A DNA stretch of 64,000 bases from an uncultured Poribacteria bacterium (GCA_951828515.1 OX639992.1:1826008-1890007); one strand, 5' to 3'. Positions 1-10,563 are shown, counted from the stretch's first letter. Numbers and translations are program-made. The notes: generated from the letters alone by a model not told the origin.

Positions 1-192
1 TTTAATTTTACCTTACGGACTTTTAATTTTACCTTGCGGGTAAGTAACGCACTTTGGAACTTTACGCTTTCCGTGTTTGAGTCGTTCTCTACTTCGTTAC
101 GAACTTGGGTCTTGAGGCGAGGCAAGACATATCGCCTTCGGCTATAGGCTGCCGTCTCTGGCTCAGTTTTTCAAGATCCCACATAGAGCGAA

Positions 193-762
193 CTACTCAA
201 ACAGGTGCGCGACTGGACAGGTAAAACCCGGTATGACATCCTCACCAGTGAGTATATCATCACGTGTGAGCATCTCAATATCCGTCTCAGAACGATATAC
301 CGTTACGGTTTGGGAAACAGGCTCAAGCACCCAGACGAGACGGGTTCCGGCGTTCAAATATGCGAGAGCCTTCTCGACAACACGAGATTGGACATCTGAG
401 GGAGAAACGACCTCAACCGCTAGATCAGGTGGTATAGGAAACCCTTTTGTTTTGTCGCCCGTCAACCGTGCAGTCGAAACAAATGCGACATCAGGTTTCA
501 TTACACGTTCCCCAACCCGAAATGTGATCTCTGCAGTGTACAGACGACCCAGTTTATTTTGATACACATACGCGTCCAAGTATCGAATAACATTGACACT
601 AATTTCACCATGCTCTCTCGACGGTGGTGGCATTGGTACTAATTCTCCCTTAACATATTCATACCCCTCCACATCATGCTCGAGAAATTCCTCCAACGTC
701 ATCTTGACACTTTCTGGCGGACGTATTCCCTGCTCAACTTCGTGGATTTCTTGTTGCTTCAT
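193..762 (-). CDS. Uma2 family endonuclease (DUF820, putative restriction endonuclease-like)
   Basis: 189 aa ORF with the C-terminal PDLAVEVVSPS motif and overall layout typical of Uma2/DUF820. A GGAGG RBS lies 8 nt upstream of the ATG at 762. Confidence 0.7.
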   Translation of the reverse strand: MKQQEIHEVEQGIRPPESVKMTLEEFLEHDVEGYEYVKGELVPMPPPSREHGEISVNVIRYLDAYVYQNKLGRLYTAEITFRVGERVMKPDVAFVSTARLTGDKTKGFPIPPDLAVEVVSPSDVQSRVVEKALAYLNAGTRLVWVLEPVSQTVTVYRSETDIEMLTRDDILTGEDVIPGFTCPVAHLFE

Positions 763-874
763 GCTTTTAATCCCTCCGTATAGAAAGTCACCAGTGTGTT
801 AAAGTCCAAGCACCTTTGAATAGGAAAGGCAAGAAGTCTAATGTCTGTTTTACCCGTCGATCTTCAACTGGATC

Positions 875-2107
875 CTAACCAATTTCCGTCATCAACTTCC
901 GAAAAGCGTTGAGTTGCGGGGCAATGATATGGGATGTATCTGTTTTGTTCTCAAGTGCTTCAACGGTTTTGAGTCCGTTGCCTGTGATGGCAAGAACCGT
1001 TGGTTCATCGGGTCGGATGTGCCCGCTCTCTATCAATTTTTTCGTGGCGGCGAGTGTTACACCGCCTGCGGTTTCGGTGAAGATACCTTCTGTGGAAGCA
1101 AGAAGTTTGATCGCATCCACGATTTCAATATCGGTGGCATGTTCGCCGACACCGCCGGAATTTCGGACAGTATCAACAGCATAGATGCCGTCTGCGGGGT
1201 TTCCAATAGCAAGCGATTTAGCGATTGTGTTCGGTCTAACAGGTTTCACAAAATCGCCATTCTCTTTGTATGTATTGACGATGGGTCCACAACCTTCGGC
1301 TTGGGCGACATGTATTTTAGTGTTCGGTTTATCTATTAATCCCAAAATGTGGAATTCCTTTAAAGCTTTGCCAATCTTTGTGATAAGAGAACCACCGGCG
1401 GCAGGTGCGACGATATGTGCGGGTGCCTTCCAACCGAGTTGTTCGATCAGTTCAAAACAGAGAGTTTTCGAGCCTTCAGCGTAGAAAGGGCGGATGTTGA
1501 TATTAACGAATGCCCAGGGATAGACCCCACCGATTTCACTGCAGAGTCGGTTGACCTCGTCATAAGTACCGGTGATACCGACAACTGTAGGACCATAAAC
1601 GAGGGATGCAACGACCTTACCAACTTCGAGATCTGCGGGGATGAAAATGAAGCAATTCAATTTCGCGATAGCAGCGTGTGCGGCTACAGCGTTGGCGAGG
1701 TTGCCAGTGGAGGCACAAGAAACAGTATCAAAATCGAATTCTTTTGCTTTGCTTAAGGCGACTGCTACAACTCGGTCCTTAAAAGAAAAGGTCGGATGGC
1801 AGACGGTATCATCTTTGATATAGAGTTCCTTGACTCCAAGGGCATCTCCGAGATTTTTAGCTCGAATGAGAGGTGTAAATCCGGTGTTCGTGCCATCTGT
1901 TGGTTCACCATCTACCGGCAGGAGATCTGCATAACGCCACATGCTTTGTGGACCGTTTTCTATTGAACACCTTGAAATAGATTTTTGTATCTCCTCATAG
2001 TTATAGTCTACTTCCAGGGGCCCGAAACAGAACTCGCAAACGTGAAGAGGTTCTTTGGGATACTTCTCACCACATTCGCGGCATTTGAGCCCTAATACTT
2101 TTTCCAT
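875..2107 (-). CDS. thrC: threonine synthase with N-terminal zinc-ribbon
   Basis: 410 aa. It has an N-terminal CxxC...CxxC segment, a PLP-lysine motif SFKDR, and the glycine-rich loop of the fold-type II PLP family. The start is preceded by the conserved leader CCGCAAGGAAAATTAAAAT-ATG. Confidence 0.85.
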   Translation of the reverse strand: MEKVLGLKCRECGEKYPKEPLHVCEFCFGPLEVDYNYEEIQKSISRCSIENGPQSMWRYADLLPVDGEPTDGTNTGFTPLIRAKNLGDALGVKELYIKDDTVCHPTFSFKDRVVAVALSKAKEFDFDTVSCASTGNLANAVAAHAAIAKLNCFIFIPADLEVGKVVASLVYGPTVVGITGTYDEVNRLCSEIGGVYPWAFVNINIRPFYAEGSKTLCFELIEQLGWKAPAHIVAPAAGGSLITKIGKALKEFHILGLIDKPNTKIHVAQAEGCGPIVNTYKENGDFVKPVRPNTIAKSLAIGNPADGIYAVDTVRNSGGVGEHATDIEIVDAIKLLASTEGIFTETAGGVTLAATKKLIESGHIRPDEPTVLAITGNGLKTVEALENKTDTSHIIAPQLNAFRKLMTEIG

Positions 2108-2130
2108 ATTTTAATTTTCCTTGCGGTTCG
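2108..2130 (-). promoter_or_regulatory. conserved translation-initiation leader CCGAACCGCAAGGAAAATTAAAAT immediately 5' of thrC ATG
   Basis: The same motif recurs at 1..46 (two copies), 2278..2303, 34029..34055 and 60341..60362, each abutting the ATG of a minus-strand gene. Confidence 0.5.
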
Positions 2131-2467
2131 GTCAGGCAAGTCTGAACCTTTGCGTGCCTTTGCGTGTATCTGGAGGAAACGCCCAAGCAAAACCCCTCCA
2201 TTTCACTACGGACTACAGGCTTCGCAAACGAGGTTTACAACCCTGTCCTCTGCTTACTGACTGCCGACCCCTATTCCTAATTTTCCTTGCGGTTCGGTCA
2301 GGCTGGTTAGGATTTTGACGATCCTCATCGTAATCCAGCCCGGCACGTTGTTTGGGCTTACGTTTTTGGTACTATTAAGATCGTGTGCCCTCGACACTTC
2401 CTTCACAACCCGAAAACGACGACTTCACGAATGAAAGAAGTCGTCGTGGCGTACCATCATCAGAAGA

Positions 2468-3799
2468 TTAAATTGTCAGTTTAACGCTAAATTCGTTCTT
2501 TCCGGATTGTAATGTGAGGCGTATAAAAAGCGAATGTTCACCTATCCATCTGACATCATCGACGTCAGACTCGGTTAATTGTAAACCTTCGTGGTCGCCC
2601 CACACTGCTATCCCATAAGGCATCGTCCTCATTGACTCTATCACAATAGCGATATGTAGCTGCGTTCGGTGTCGCGTCGGTAGAAAACCGGTTAGGACGG
2701 GTTTATTCACCTCGGATTGTAACACCCGTTCACCAGCATAGTTTTTGATTTCAATGGGATCCATAGCACCTTCAACAAAAGTGAACTCGCATGCCGCGTC
2801 GTAGTAAAACATTTTTAACGTAGACTTCGGCTTAGCAGTTTCCTCTTGGATCTCTGTACTCGTTTCTATAACAGCTGTCGGTTCGGTTTTCTGGCAACGT
2901 TTAATGTAATCGTCAACCATTTGAGAAAGAAGTAGCGGTTTTGTGTCTTGAATACCAACGATGTGTGCGAAGTAGGCATCGAGTCGTTCCAACCCCTCTT
3001 GCCCAAGGTGCGCAACGGTAAGTGGGTCGATATGTTCCACATAACCAAGCCATTGATTCCACGCTGTGCTTCCTACATAGATATCATAATGTTGTTGCGC
3101 TGTTCCGTTTAAGAGCGCCGCTCGGAGATTTTGTGTATCTTCGGCAAGATGACCAGCGGTATGGTAAGGTATACCCACAATCTTTTCAAATGATTGTGCG
3201 CTATCTACATCAGTGGTGCCTCGCGTGACAATAGCATCAAGAGACGCGGAAGCCTCAAGCGGGTAGAAACATCCAAAACCTCCGCGGTCGGAAACCTCAA
3301 CTTCGGGAACGTGCGGGTCTGTGTCATCAACATCCGACTGACTCCAGTGGTAACCCCAAAGTCCCTGGAATCCGGTCTGTTCAAGTACCCGTAGAAAAGT
3401 ATCATTCTTGAAGACTGCTCCTGCGATGTTGGGTTCTGCCCAAGACATTTCACGCGTGAGTCTTTCCCGTTCCCTTGTTATATATTCCGGCAACTTCTCT
3501 CGCATCGTGACGAGATGCGATGCCATGGCTTCTGTGCTGGCACCCGGATTTGCGTTCCTTGCCCTCTCCCAGTTTGTTTCCCAGATCTGTCTGATGTCGA
3601 GCATCAACAACGGCGCGTCGCCGTTCTCTGTATGCCATGCTGTGAGTAGTTTCGCGACGACTGGAGCAGATTTGGTATCGACCGCCCACGTTATGGGTAT
3701 ACCGTGTTTGTGCGCGACTTCTGCTAACAGTCGCATGCCCTCAAGCAGTCGTTCTCGGTCTTCCGCCATTGCTGTGCTTACCAATCCGTAACTCAGCAT
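2468..3799 (-). CDS. hypothetical protein (possible divergent polysaccharide-deacetylase/CE4-like fold)
   Basis: 443 aa ORF with good coding character and no recognisable catalytic motif. Its start at 3799 lies 2 nt from the stop of the upstream aldolase gene (3802), which suggests translational coupling. Confidence 0.35.
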   Translation of the reverse strand: MLSYGLVSTAMAEDRERLLEGMRLLAEVAHKHGIPITWAVDTKSAPVVAKLLTAWHTENGDAPLLMLDIRQIWETNWERARNANPGASTEAMASHLVTMREKLPEYITRERERLTREMSWAEPNIAGAVFKNDTFLRVLEQTGFQGLWGYHWSQSDVDDTDPHVPEVEVSDRGGFGCFYPLEASASLDAIVTRGTTDVDSAQSFEKIVGIPYHTAGHLAEDTQNLRAALLNGTAQQHYDIYVGSTAWNQWLGYVEHIDPLTVAHLGQEGLERLDAYFAHIVGIQDTKPLLLSQMVDDYIKRCQKTEPTAVIETSTEIQEETAKPKSTLKMFYYDAACEFTFVEGAMDPIEIKNYAGERVLQSEVNKPVLTGFLPTRHRTQLHIAIVIESMRTMPYGIAVWGDHEGLQLTESDVDDVRWIGEHSLFIRLTLQSGKNEFSVKLTI

Positions 3800-3801
3800 T
3801 A

Positions 3802-4515
3802 CTATTCCAAAAAGACGGTAACGCCCATGTCGGCGTACTTTTGGCGGGTGCTCGGATTACCATTCCTAAAGCAGACAGCGGTTGTAGTCCCCTCCAAAGC
3901 TCTTGCAACGTATTCAACACAGGCATCCACGGTTTGGAGTGCGTGATTTGGATGGCTCTCAATGCTGAACGTCAGATCAGCGGGACCGAAGGAGAGACAG
4001 TCAACCCCCGGCTTAGCGAGATATCGCGCATGTGTGACGGCTTCTATGGATTCAATTTGCATCCAGAGGATACCATTGGAGTTCCACCAATCGGCGTACT
4101 CAAGCCGTTCTCTACCTTCGGAATTTACCCGGGCGGCACCCCCCCAACTCCGAATTCCCTGTTGCGGGTAGTAGAAAGCAGCGACTGCTTCGTTTACGGT
4201 TTCGTCCAATTCCACCTGTGGCACCTCAATACCCGTAGGACCTAAGTCAAGGTAGTTGCCAATGAGATACGCGTTTTGGGTGTGCTTAATCCGAAAGTTG
4301 ACCAGAATCCCCAACTCATTCGCCATGTTACAGAAGGCGACGAGCCGATCCTCGTTGTATGGAGAGTGTTGGCTATCCACGGCGACAAAATCGTAGCCGT
4401 CCTCTTCGACTTTGGCAACGAGCACTTCGGCAGATGCTGCCATAGAGACGTTAGCGCCATAGACGAGTTCTCCGTTATGTATTCGCTGTTTCAAATTTGC
4501 TGCTGACATTGTCAT
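3802..4515 (-). CDS. HpcH/HpaI family aldolase (2-keto-3-deoxy-acid aldolase)
   Basis: This matches the HpcH/HpaI aldolase architecture (MTMSAANLKQRIHNGELVYG...DFVAVDSQHSPY...). The ATG at 4515 has a GAGGG RBS. The ORF extends 44 codons further upstream to 4647, but that extension lacks support. Confidence 0.7.
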   Translation of the reverse strand: MTMSAANLKQRIHNGELVYGANVSMAASAEVLVAKVEEDGYDFVAVDSQHSPYNEDRLVAFCNMANELGILVNFRIKHTQNAYLIGNYLDLGPTGIEVPQVELDETVNEAVAAFYYPQQGIRSWGGAARVNSEGRERLEYADWWNSNGILWMQIESIEAVTHARYLAKPGVDCLSFGPADLTFSIESHPNHALQTVDACVEYVARALEGTTTAVCFRNGNPSTRQKYADMGVTVFLE

Positions 4516-4905
4516 CCCTCGCTTTTTGTTGCAGCTTGCAGGTTTCCAAAACTTGCCGTTAAATAGTGTGTGTGGTGCGTGTAAGTTCAATTTCATAATG
4601 CAAACGCCATAGTAGGTGCTATTCCGAAAGCAAAGCAGGCGTTTCAATTCACGCTTGAACCTTTATAATTATACCCTAAAATCCGTTTCCTGTCAACGGA
4701 TTTGTGTTTTGTATAGAGCAATCAGCAATCAGCAGTCAGCAATCAGCAGTTGCCATTTCCTTTTGCTGTGTTTCAGAGTATTCAGAGTAAAACATGGAAA
4801 GTGATAGGTCTTAGAAAGGGTTGTAAACCTTCACTACAACTGGGTTCTGGGCGGTTTTCATAGCAGGTGTTTTGTAGATTTACTCTGAAAGTCTACAGTT
4901 AGCAG

Positions 4906-5060
4906 TCGGGAATCGGAGTTCCCTCCTACAAGAGTCAGTGTTTAGATAGGGCACGGGTTCTGGGAAAAGTCACGACCGGGAGGTCACTCCTACAGAAGAG
5001 GGAGTCAGGATTCAGAGGTTGCTCCTACAGGAAGGCTTTGGGAATTGACAGGATCGGATT
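4906..5060. repeat. cluster of small-hairpin repeats of the GGGAATCGGAGTTCCCTCCTACAGAAGAG family
   Basis: Units GGGAATCGGAGTTCCC and GGAGGTCACTCC, each followed by TCCTACAGAAGAG. Related copies lie at 9340..9412 and 52791..52830. Confidence 0.5.
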
Positions 5061-5111
5061 CTCAGGGTATGATGCTGGGAATGAGAAAAAATAGAGATGA
5101 TGGAGAATTGC

Positions 5112-5531
5112 ATGAAACCTTATGAATACGTCGAACACACGGCTGATATGGGACTACTGGTTAGAGGGAAAAGTCTGCCTAATCTTCTGAAAAACGCGGC
5201 ACAGGGACTCTTTGAAACGATAGCGGTCGTGGATACAATTGATGAGACAGACTCGGTCGAGATCCACCTTACGGCTGAATCTGTGGAAGATCTCTTCGTC
5301 GGATGGCTTGACGAACTCATCTTTCAGCACGAAACGAAGGAGATATTTTTTAAACGCGCCGACATCAAAGACTGTAGTGAAACAGAGGTATCAGCGACGG
5401 TCTACGGTGAACCGACAAATTTCGATAAACACGAGGTTTACACCGAAATTAAGAGTGTTACGTATCATCAGTTGCAAGTCGTGCGAAAGTGTGATGGTAG
5501 CTGGTTTGCTCAGGTTATTTTCGATCTCTGA
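5112..5531 (+). CDS. archease
   Basis: N-terminal YEYVEHTADMGL is the archease signature (HTAD) and the size is ~140 aa. GGAG sits 8 nt upstream of the ATG at 5112; the ORF track start at 5097 is the alternative. Confidence 0.8.
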   Translation: MKPYEYVEHTADMGLLVRGKSLPNLLKNAAQGLFETIAVVDTIDETDSVEIHLTAESVEDLFVGWLDELIFQHETKEIFFKRADIKDCSETEVSATVYGEPTNFDKHEVYTEIKSVTYHQLQVVRKCDGSWFAQVIFDL

Positions 5532-5541
5532 TACACTGTTC

Positions 5542-7464
5542 CTATGGATAGAACTGATACATTGTGGTGTTCAGAAGGATGTTTAGGAGGCTCCATGTGC
5601 TTCCCATGAGGTAATCACCGAGAACTAATCCTAAGAAGAAGGGGATGGCGCGCCGATAACTCTGGATACCACCGTGTCGAAGGATAAGCCATTTCAATGT
5701 CAAGGCAATTAGCAACGGAATCCAGAGGTCGGACATTTCTTGGTTGCTCGCCATCACATAACCGAGTGGATGCAGGGGTAGCCAAAAGAATTTGACACGA
5801 AGATATGTAAGCACCATCATGACAGAAAAGCCAATACCCATAAATATTACGCCGAGCCAGTCTGTGCTGAGCGGATACGTAATCCAGTTCGTCAACCGTC
5901 CGAAGTATTCTCTCCCGTAACCGAGTGCCCACGGTCCAAAGTAGCCGGAATCCGCACCGAATTGGTAGTAGAGATGCAGTTGGACCCAAAAGGCGACAAG
6001 CCCTCCGAAAATAGTGGCAATAACAACTGTCAAGAGCATCCGGCGTTGGTTAATATTAGCGAGTTCAGCGATTTTAAACGCCTCCAATTGATGCGGCATC
6101 TGCTGCGGACGGTAATCTCGGTTGAAAAAGCAGACGGAGAGTGCCGTTAAGTTCTGAGCCCCAAGACGATGCGTCCCCAAAATAGTGTTTAAGATGTATC
6201 GCGGTGCCTGCCAGTGGTAGGCGTGGACAAAAATGCCGGACTCCGCTCGGATACGTGTTGTCACCAGCGGCGTTATGAGGAACAGAACAGCGAAAGTAAG
6301 CGCAAGCCAGACCGACATGCCCGCCTTGTAGAGGAGAAACGCAAACAACAGAATACCGAGTCCAAAGCCCCATACCGCCACCCGATACGGCATCGGTTCA
6401 TCGTGCTGTTCGGCGGGTGGCTCTCGTCCACGAGAGGGCAGCACACTTTTCAGAACGGCTTTGAAATGCCGTTTGCCCGTCCAACCAAAGAAAAAACAGA
6501 GCCCCACGAATGCTCCGATCGTCTGTTCGTTAAGATAGGGGAAACGCGGGATACTACTCCACCCAACGGCTTTTGCTAAAGCGACTTCGTTCCGATAGAG
6601 AAAATAGAAGAGGGTTGTCGAAAAGAGGACATCCAACGGCATGAGGAACATAATGCCGATAGCAAACGGATAAAAAGCCGTGATGATGGTGCCGTAGAGA
6701 CTCAAGGGTGGCTCCTGAAACGAGAAAAAACGGCGCGTCACCGGAATATGTGGAATCACGGGATAGAGATGGCTCAATCCATTGAAAAGACTGATACCCG
6801 CAGCAATCGCAAAGCCGATCCACATCCGTTTATTTCTGAAGAACGCAGAAGTAGGATTCGTCATTGCCAGTGGGAGTTGAATAATCGGGAAGGTAAGGCG
6901 TTCACGCTGTGCCCACTGCCGACGGAGGATCGTATTGAGGCAGAGAAAGATGAACGCTATCACTGTAAAGAGCAACAACCACGCCGCTACTACTGGTGCC
7001 CAAACCTGTAGATGCATCGGACGGTATAGACTTGACTCTCCTTGGTAGTAGCCCCGAAGTGCGTCTCTATCTGAAACCGTGAGCCATTGCGGGAGGTGGT
7101 GCCAAAATAGGGTGCGCCATTCGTTTTCTTCCGTTGCGAACCAGAAACTGTGTCCAAGTACAGAAAGAATCGCTTGCAGGACATCGCATCCAGCGAGCGT
7201 TGTGGCGAAACTGAGTGTCACGTAGAGAAGTAGTAGTTCACCTTGTCCAAGGGCAAAATCACTGTTTAGGAGACGGATGACCGCGTTAATTAGCATCACT
7301 GCGGTGAGGATGAAAATCACGTTGGAGAGTGGGACGACCCATGTCGGAAAGGTATAGCGCACGACTTCCATCTGGATAAGGAAGTAGCAGTTAATCGGTG
7401 CGGTAATCGCGAAGATACACAAGACGCGCCAGGTCAAGGCACGTTGCTGGGGGAGAGAAGTCAA
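5542..7464 (-). CDS. polytopic integral membrane protein, unknown function
   Basis: 640 aa with at least 14 predicted hydrophobic helices and no recognisable catalytic motif. Confidence 0.5.
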   Translation of the reverse strand: MTSLPQQRALTWRVLCIFAITAPINCYFLIQMEVVRYTFPTWVVPLSNVIFILTAVMLINAVIRLLNSDFALGQGELLLLYVTLSFATTLAGCDVLQAILSVLGHSFWFATEENEWRTLFWHHLPQWLTVSDRDALRGYYQGESSLYRPMHLQVWAPVVAAWLLLFTVIAFIFLCLNTILRRQWAQRERLTFPIIQLPLAMTNPTSAFFRNKRMWIGFAIAAGISLFNGLSHLYPVIPHIPVTRRFFSFQEPPLSLYGTIITAFYPFAIGIMFLMPLDVLFSTTLFYFLYRNEVALAKAVGWSSIPRFPYLNEQTIGAFVGLCFFFGWTGKRHFKAVLKSVLPSRGREPPAEQHDEPMPYRVAVWGFGLGILLFAFLLYKAGMSVWLALTFAVLFLITPLVTTRIRAESGIFVHAYHWQAPRYILNTILGTHRLGAQNLTALSVCFFNRDYRPQQMPHQLEAFKIAELANINQRRMLLTVVIATIFGGLVAFWVQLHLYYQFGADSGYFGPWALGYGREYFGRLTNWITYPLSTDWLGVIFMGIGFSVMMVLTYLRVKFFWLPLHPLGYVMASNQEMSDLWIPLLIALTLKWLILRHGGIQSYRRAIPFFLGLVLGDYLMGSTWSLLNILLNTTMYQFYP

Positions 7465-7528
7465 TGTTAATCCGCCTTAGTGAAAAGCGTTAATCTTTTC
7501 TATCTGTCATGGAAACAGAGACGATTTG

Positions 7529-7795
7529 TTATAAGAAGGTTTTAACATCTTCAGGACTCGCTCCGACTGAGAGAGAAACGTGTCCCCATTCCTCGTTTGA
7601 AAGATGCTTTATTAATTCGTCCCAGATGAGGCTATGTCTCTCTTTCACCAACTTTCCATCAAACTTCCTGCTAACGATGACAATATGGATCAGGTCATCA
7701 AAACCATCGGAGACATCGACCAGATCATTTTCGTCACAGAAGTATCCACTTTTGAGTTTATCGTAAATTTTCTGCTTTAACATTTTGCATGCCAT
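7529..7795 (-). CDS. BolA family protein
   Basis: The region DGFDDLIHIVIVSRKFDGKLVKERHSLIWDEL matches the BolA core (H..vvVvS..F.G...v.RHrlvy..L). Start uncertain (ATG at 7837, 7795 or 7783). Confidence 0.5.
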   Translation of the reverse strand: MACKMLKQKIYDKLKSGYFCDENDLVDVSDGFDDLIHIVIVSRKFDGKLVKERHSLIWDELIKHLSNEEWGHVSLSVGASPEDVKTFL

Positions 7796-7954
7796 GTATA
7801 TATCCTTCGCTAAGATGTTATTGCTTATCCAGTGCATGACTTCTTCAACAGCTTCAATGAAAAAAGTTGCAGCATCACCAGTTGTTTGGCGGGTATAACG
7901 CCACTTTGGGGTCCAACGGTTGACTAAATTAAATTCGGTTGTCAGTCGTCAGTA

Positions 7955-7980
7955 GGCGGGGTTGCAAACCCCGCCAGCAG
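7955..7980. repeat. REP-like hairpin variant GGCGGGGTTGCAAACCCCGCCAGCAG
   Basis: Same family; located ~45 nt downstream of the enolase-family gene stop. Confidence 0.55.
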
Positions 7981-8021
7981 AGAAAAAGAAAACCGTACTG
8001 ACCTTTTGAAAGGATAAAGAC

Positions 8022-9293
8022 TTACCACTGACCATGCACAGGGGTCTCACGTGCTTTCTCGAAAAGATCTGCCCATTCGTCAGTGCCATCGTCAAAGTTT
8101 AATTCGAGACGCGCGCCATCCACCTGTGCCTCACCACCGCCTGCATTGAAATAACTCAAACCATCACCGGACATGTGGATGCAACTGCCATCAGGATAAA
8201 CAGCGGTTTTGATGATACGCGGGACAGGATGAATCGTATAACCGTCAGCGTCTAACTTATCAGCAGGTACACGGAAGCGTTCAACTGCGTCTTCATCGAC
8301 TTCAACGCCTAACCCAGGCGCATCGGCAATCTTGTGGCATCCATCCGAGACTTGTATGGGGTGCGTGAGCAGATGGTCGCTGTAGAGATTAATACAGGTG
8401 ATTGCGGGCCATGTCGCATGTGTGAGTACACTCCCGAGATGTCCTGCCCAGGTTGTCGTCAAGCCGTTTCCAACGATCTGGAGCCAAAACGGCATATCTG
8501 CTGCTGCGCTGAGTTGCCCCTCACGCATCACCTGCGATTTGCCACCACCGATGACAAACCCTGTGCATACGTCCTCACGCACACAAGTGGTATAGGGAGG
8601 TGACCCGAAATGCATGGCGACCTGACACCCAACGGCTTGACGAATCTGCTTGTTTCCGTCAACATCGCTCTGCGGGATGGGAGTCTCAAACATCGCCACG
8701 TTTGGATGTGCAGCGAGTTTTTTCAGGATCGGGATAGCCGTTTCTGCGTCGCGCCACGAACTGTTCGGATCGAGGTCGAGTTTGAAGTCGGCTGGTACGT
8801 TTTCTGAGACTGCCTCTACCTGTGCGGTGATATCCCACCACGGACGCGGTTTATTTTTGAAACTGGTATAGCCGTTTTCCACGGCGTTAGCGGCTTCTGC
8901 TGCCCAGTTTTCAGGGGAGGAGTCGATACACCACCACGAAATTGGAACAGCTTCGCGACACTGCATGCCAAGAAGTTGGTAGATTGGAATCTCTAAAATT
9001 TTTCCGACGACATCAAAGAGTGCCATCTGTAAACCGGCACCAAGCGAATCGTCGTTCATAAGTTCGGCGGGACTTTGTCCAAGCACACGTTCAGCACTGG
9101 TATCACTGACCCGGGAATAGGTATAGTGGATGACGGTCTCGCCCCAACCGATATGTCCAGTATCGGTTGTAACCTTGCACAATTCAAGAAGCGACCAGTT
9201 GTAAACTGTTGATACGCTCTGGGTGGTAATTTGTTGTTGGCGCGGGGTGAAGGGGACATCTACAATCACACGTTCTACGTTCGTGACTTTCAT
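8022..9293 (-). CDS. enolase-superfamily enzyme (mandelate racemase/muconate lactonizing enzyme-like dehydratase)
   Basis: N-terminal KVTNVERVIVDVPF capping-domain start typical of MR/MLE/galactonate dehydratases, followed by a TIM-barrel region. The ATG at 9293 has a TAAGGAG RBS; the 27 codons further upstream overlap a REP hairpin. Confidence 0.6.
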   Translation of the reverse strand: MKVTNVERVIVDVPFTPRQQQITTQSVSTVYNWSLLELCKVTTDTGHIGWGETVIHYTYSRVSDTSAERVLGQSPAELMNDDSLGAGLQMALFDVVGKILEIPIYQLLGMQCREAVPISWWCIDSSPENWAAEAANAVENGYTSFKNKPRPWWDITAQVEAVSENVPADFKLDLDPNSSWRDAETAIPILKKLAAHPNVAMFETPIPQSDVDGNKQIRQAVGCQVAMHFGSPPYTTCVREDVCTGFVIGGGKSQVMREGQLSAAADMPFWLQIVGNGLTTTWAGHLGSVLTHATWPAITCINLYSDHLLTHPIQVSDGCHKIADAPGLGVEVDEDAVERFRVPADKLDADGYTIHPVPRIIKTAVYPDGSCIHMSGDGLSYFNAGGGEAQVDGARLELNFDDGTDEWADLFEKARETPVHGQW

Positions 9294-9309
9294 GGGTAGA
9301 CTCCTTATC

Positions 9310-9336
9310 GGCGAGGTCAGGAAACCTCGCCAGCGG
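9310..9336. repeat. REP-like hairpin GGCGAGGTCAGGAAACCTCGCCAGCGG
   Basis: Member of a family of at least 10 copies sharing GGCGAGGTT-loop-AACCTCGCC-AGCGG. Confidence 0.65.
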
Positions 9337-9479
9337 CGGTGGATAAGCATCGTGATCGGGAGATCGTTCCTACACAAACAAGGGTCGCGATTCGGAGATC
9401 GCTCCTACAGAAGAGAAAAATAAAAAGGGCGAGGGATTCATAAAACCTTCTCCCCCGCCCTATTGTATACCAATACATA

Positions 9480-10307
9480 CTAATACGCAACTTTAATTTC
9501 GCCCCAGAGGGTCGTGAGCTTGTCTTTGACATCGACATCAAAACCGTTTTTGTTTGTAACGAGAATGCTGTCGATCCGTCCCATTCCCCAACTTTCGTGC
9601 CAAACACCGACAGAACCGGCACCCTTGGTAGTGGCTTTGTCGGATTCAAGTATTGGGTCTCCGAGGTCATCGGAGGGTGCGAACAGGTCTTTGATTTCAT
9701 CAAGTTTCTTATACCAGACTTTAACGTTGTTGCCTTGGACCTCAACGCGTCCGAAATAAGCGACAGCATTGGTTTGATCGAGTCCAGCCCCTAAGCCGTG
9801 CGGTACACTGTCTATTTCCTTACCACCATTTTCACAACCGCACTGATCAAGGCATTGTCCGCTCGGACAACACCCGTCTTCCAGACTCATGAAAAGGACG
9901 GCCGCTGTCTCATTATAGCCAAAGACAACGAGATAGCCTTTATCGTCCCCTTTTCTACGGAATTGCAGACCGAAACTATCATCATCACCAAAGGAAAAGA
10001 CGGCTTGGACGATGCCGTCGGTAAAGTTTTTCACACCAGGCAGTTCTGTGTTACCAGAGATACCGCATCCCTCAGCGGTTTGCTTCATGGATCTTTTTCC
10101 ACCGATTTTGCCGCCTTCAAAATCATCCTCACCCCAGATGGTGCCCGCGTTTTCCGGTTTATAGTTTTTGACATTGTTCACATCAGCATTCGGTTTTGCG
10201 TCCTTGGAGCCGGGCTCAAAATCGGCGTAAAACACAACTTGACCGCTGGCGTGAAACGAAACAAGTAGACTCAAAACGAGGCTGAAAAGAAAAAAACGTG
10301 TCTTCAT
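9480..10307 (-). CDS. secreted hypothetical protein, paralog A (Cys-rich core DGCCPSGQCLDQCGCENGG)
   Basis: Signal peptide MKTRFFLFSLVLSLLVSFHASGQ. A GGAGGAG RBS precedes the ATG at 10307. It aligns over its full length with the adjacent paralog at 10564..11388. Confidence 0.55.
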   Translation of the reverse strand: MKTRFFLFSLVLSLLVSFHASGQVVFYADFEPGSKDAKPNADVNNVKNYKPENAGTIWGEDDFEGGKIGGKRSMKQTAEGCGISGNTELPGVKNFTDGIVQAVFSFGDDDSFGLQFRRKGDDKGYLVVFGYNETAAVLFMSLEDGCCPSGQCLDQCGCENGGKEIDSVPHGLGAGLDQTNAVAYFGRVEVQGNNVKVWYKKLDEIKDLFAPSDDLGDPILESDKATTKGAGSVGVWHESWGMGRIDSILVTNKNGFDVDVKDKLTTLWGEIKVAY

Positions 10308-10563
10308 GAATGTCTCCTCCGATTTCATAAAGAGTTGTGTTGCCGTTTATTCACAAGCAACAGCATGATGACAAGGCTATAGGCATCGCTTAGATACCCG
10401 TATCATCAAAGATGCCTTGTCTAAAACTAAAGTGGTGTTGGGTGAGGTACGGAGACCTCACCCGACAAAGATGAGTAGTGCAATGCAGAAAGACTGAGGT
10501 ATGGTAACCTCGCCCTGCAACGCCAGTTGATTCTATGCTATTTGTCTATATTAAGGCAGGAGA

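Noticed and set aside
9317-9769. 150-aa ORF overlapping the REP element and the secreted paralog A gene
   Set aside because: It is out of frame with the signal-peptide gene. It begins within the REP hairpin and has no RBS.
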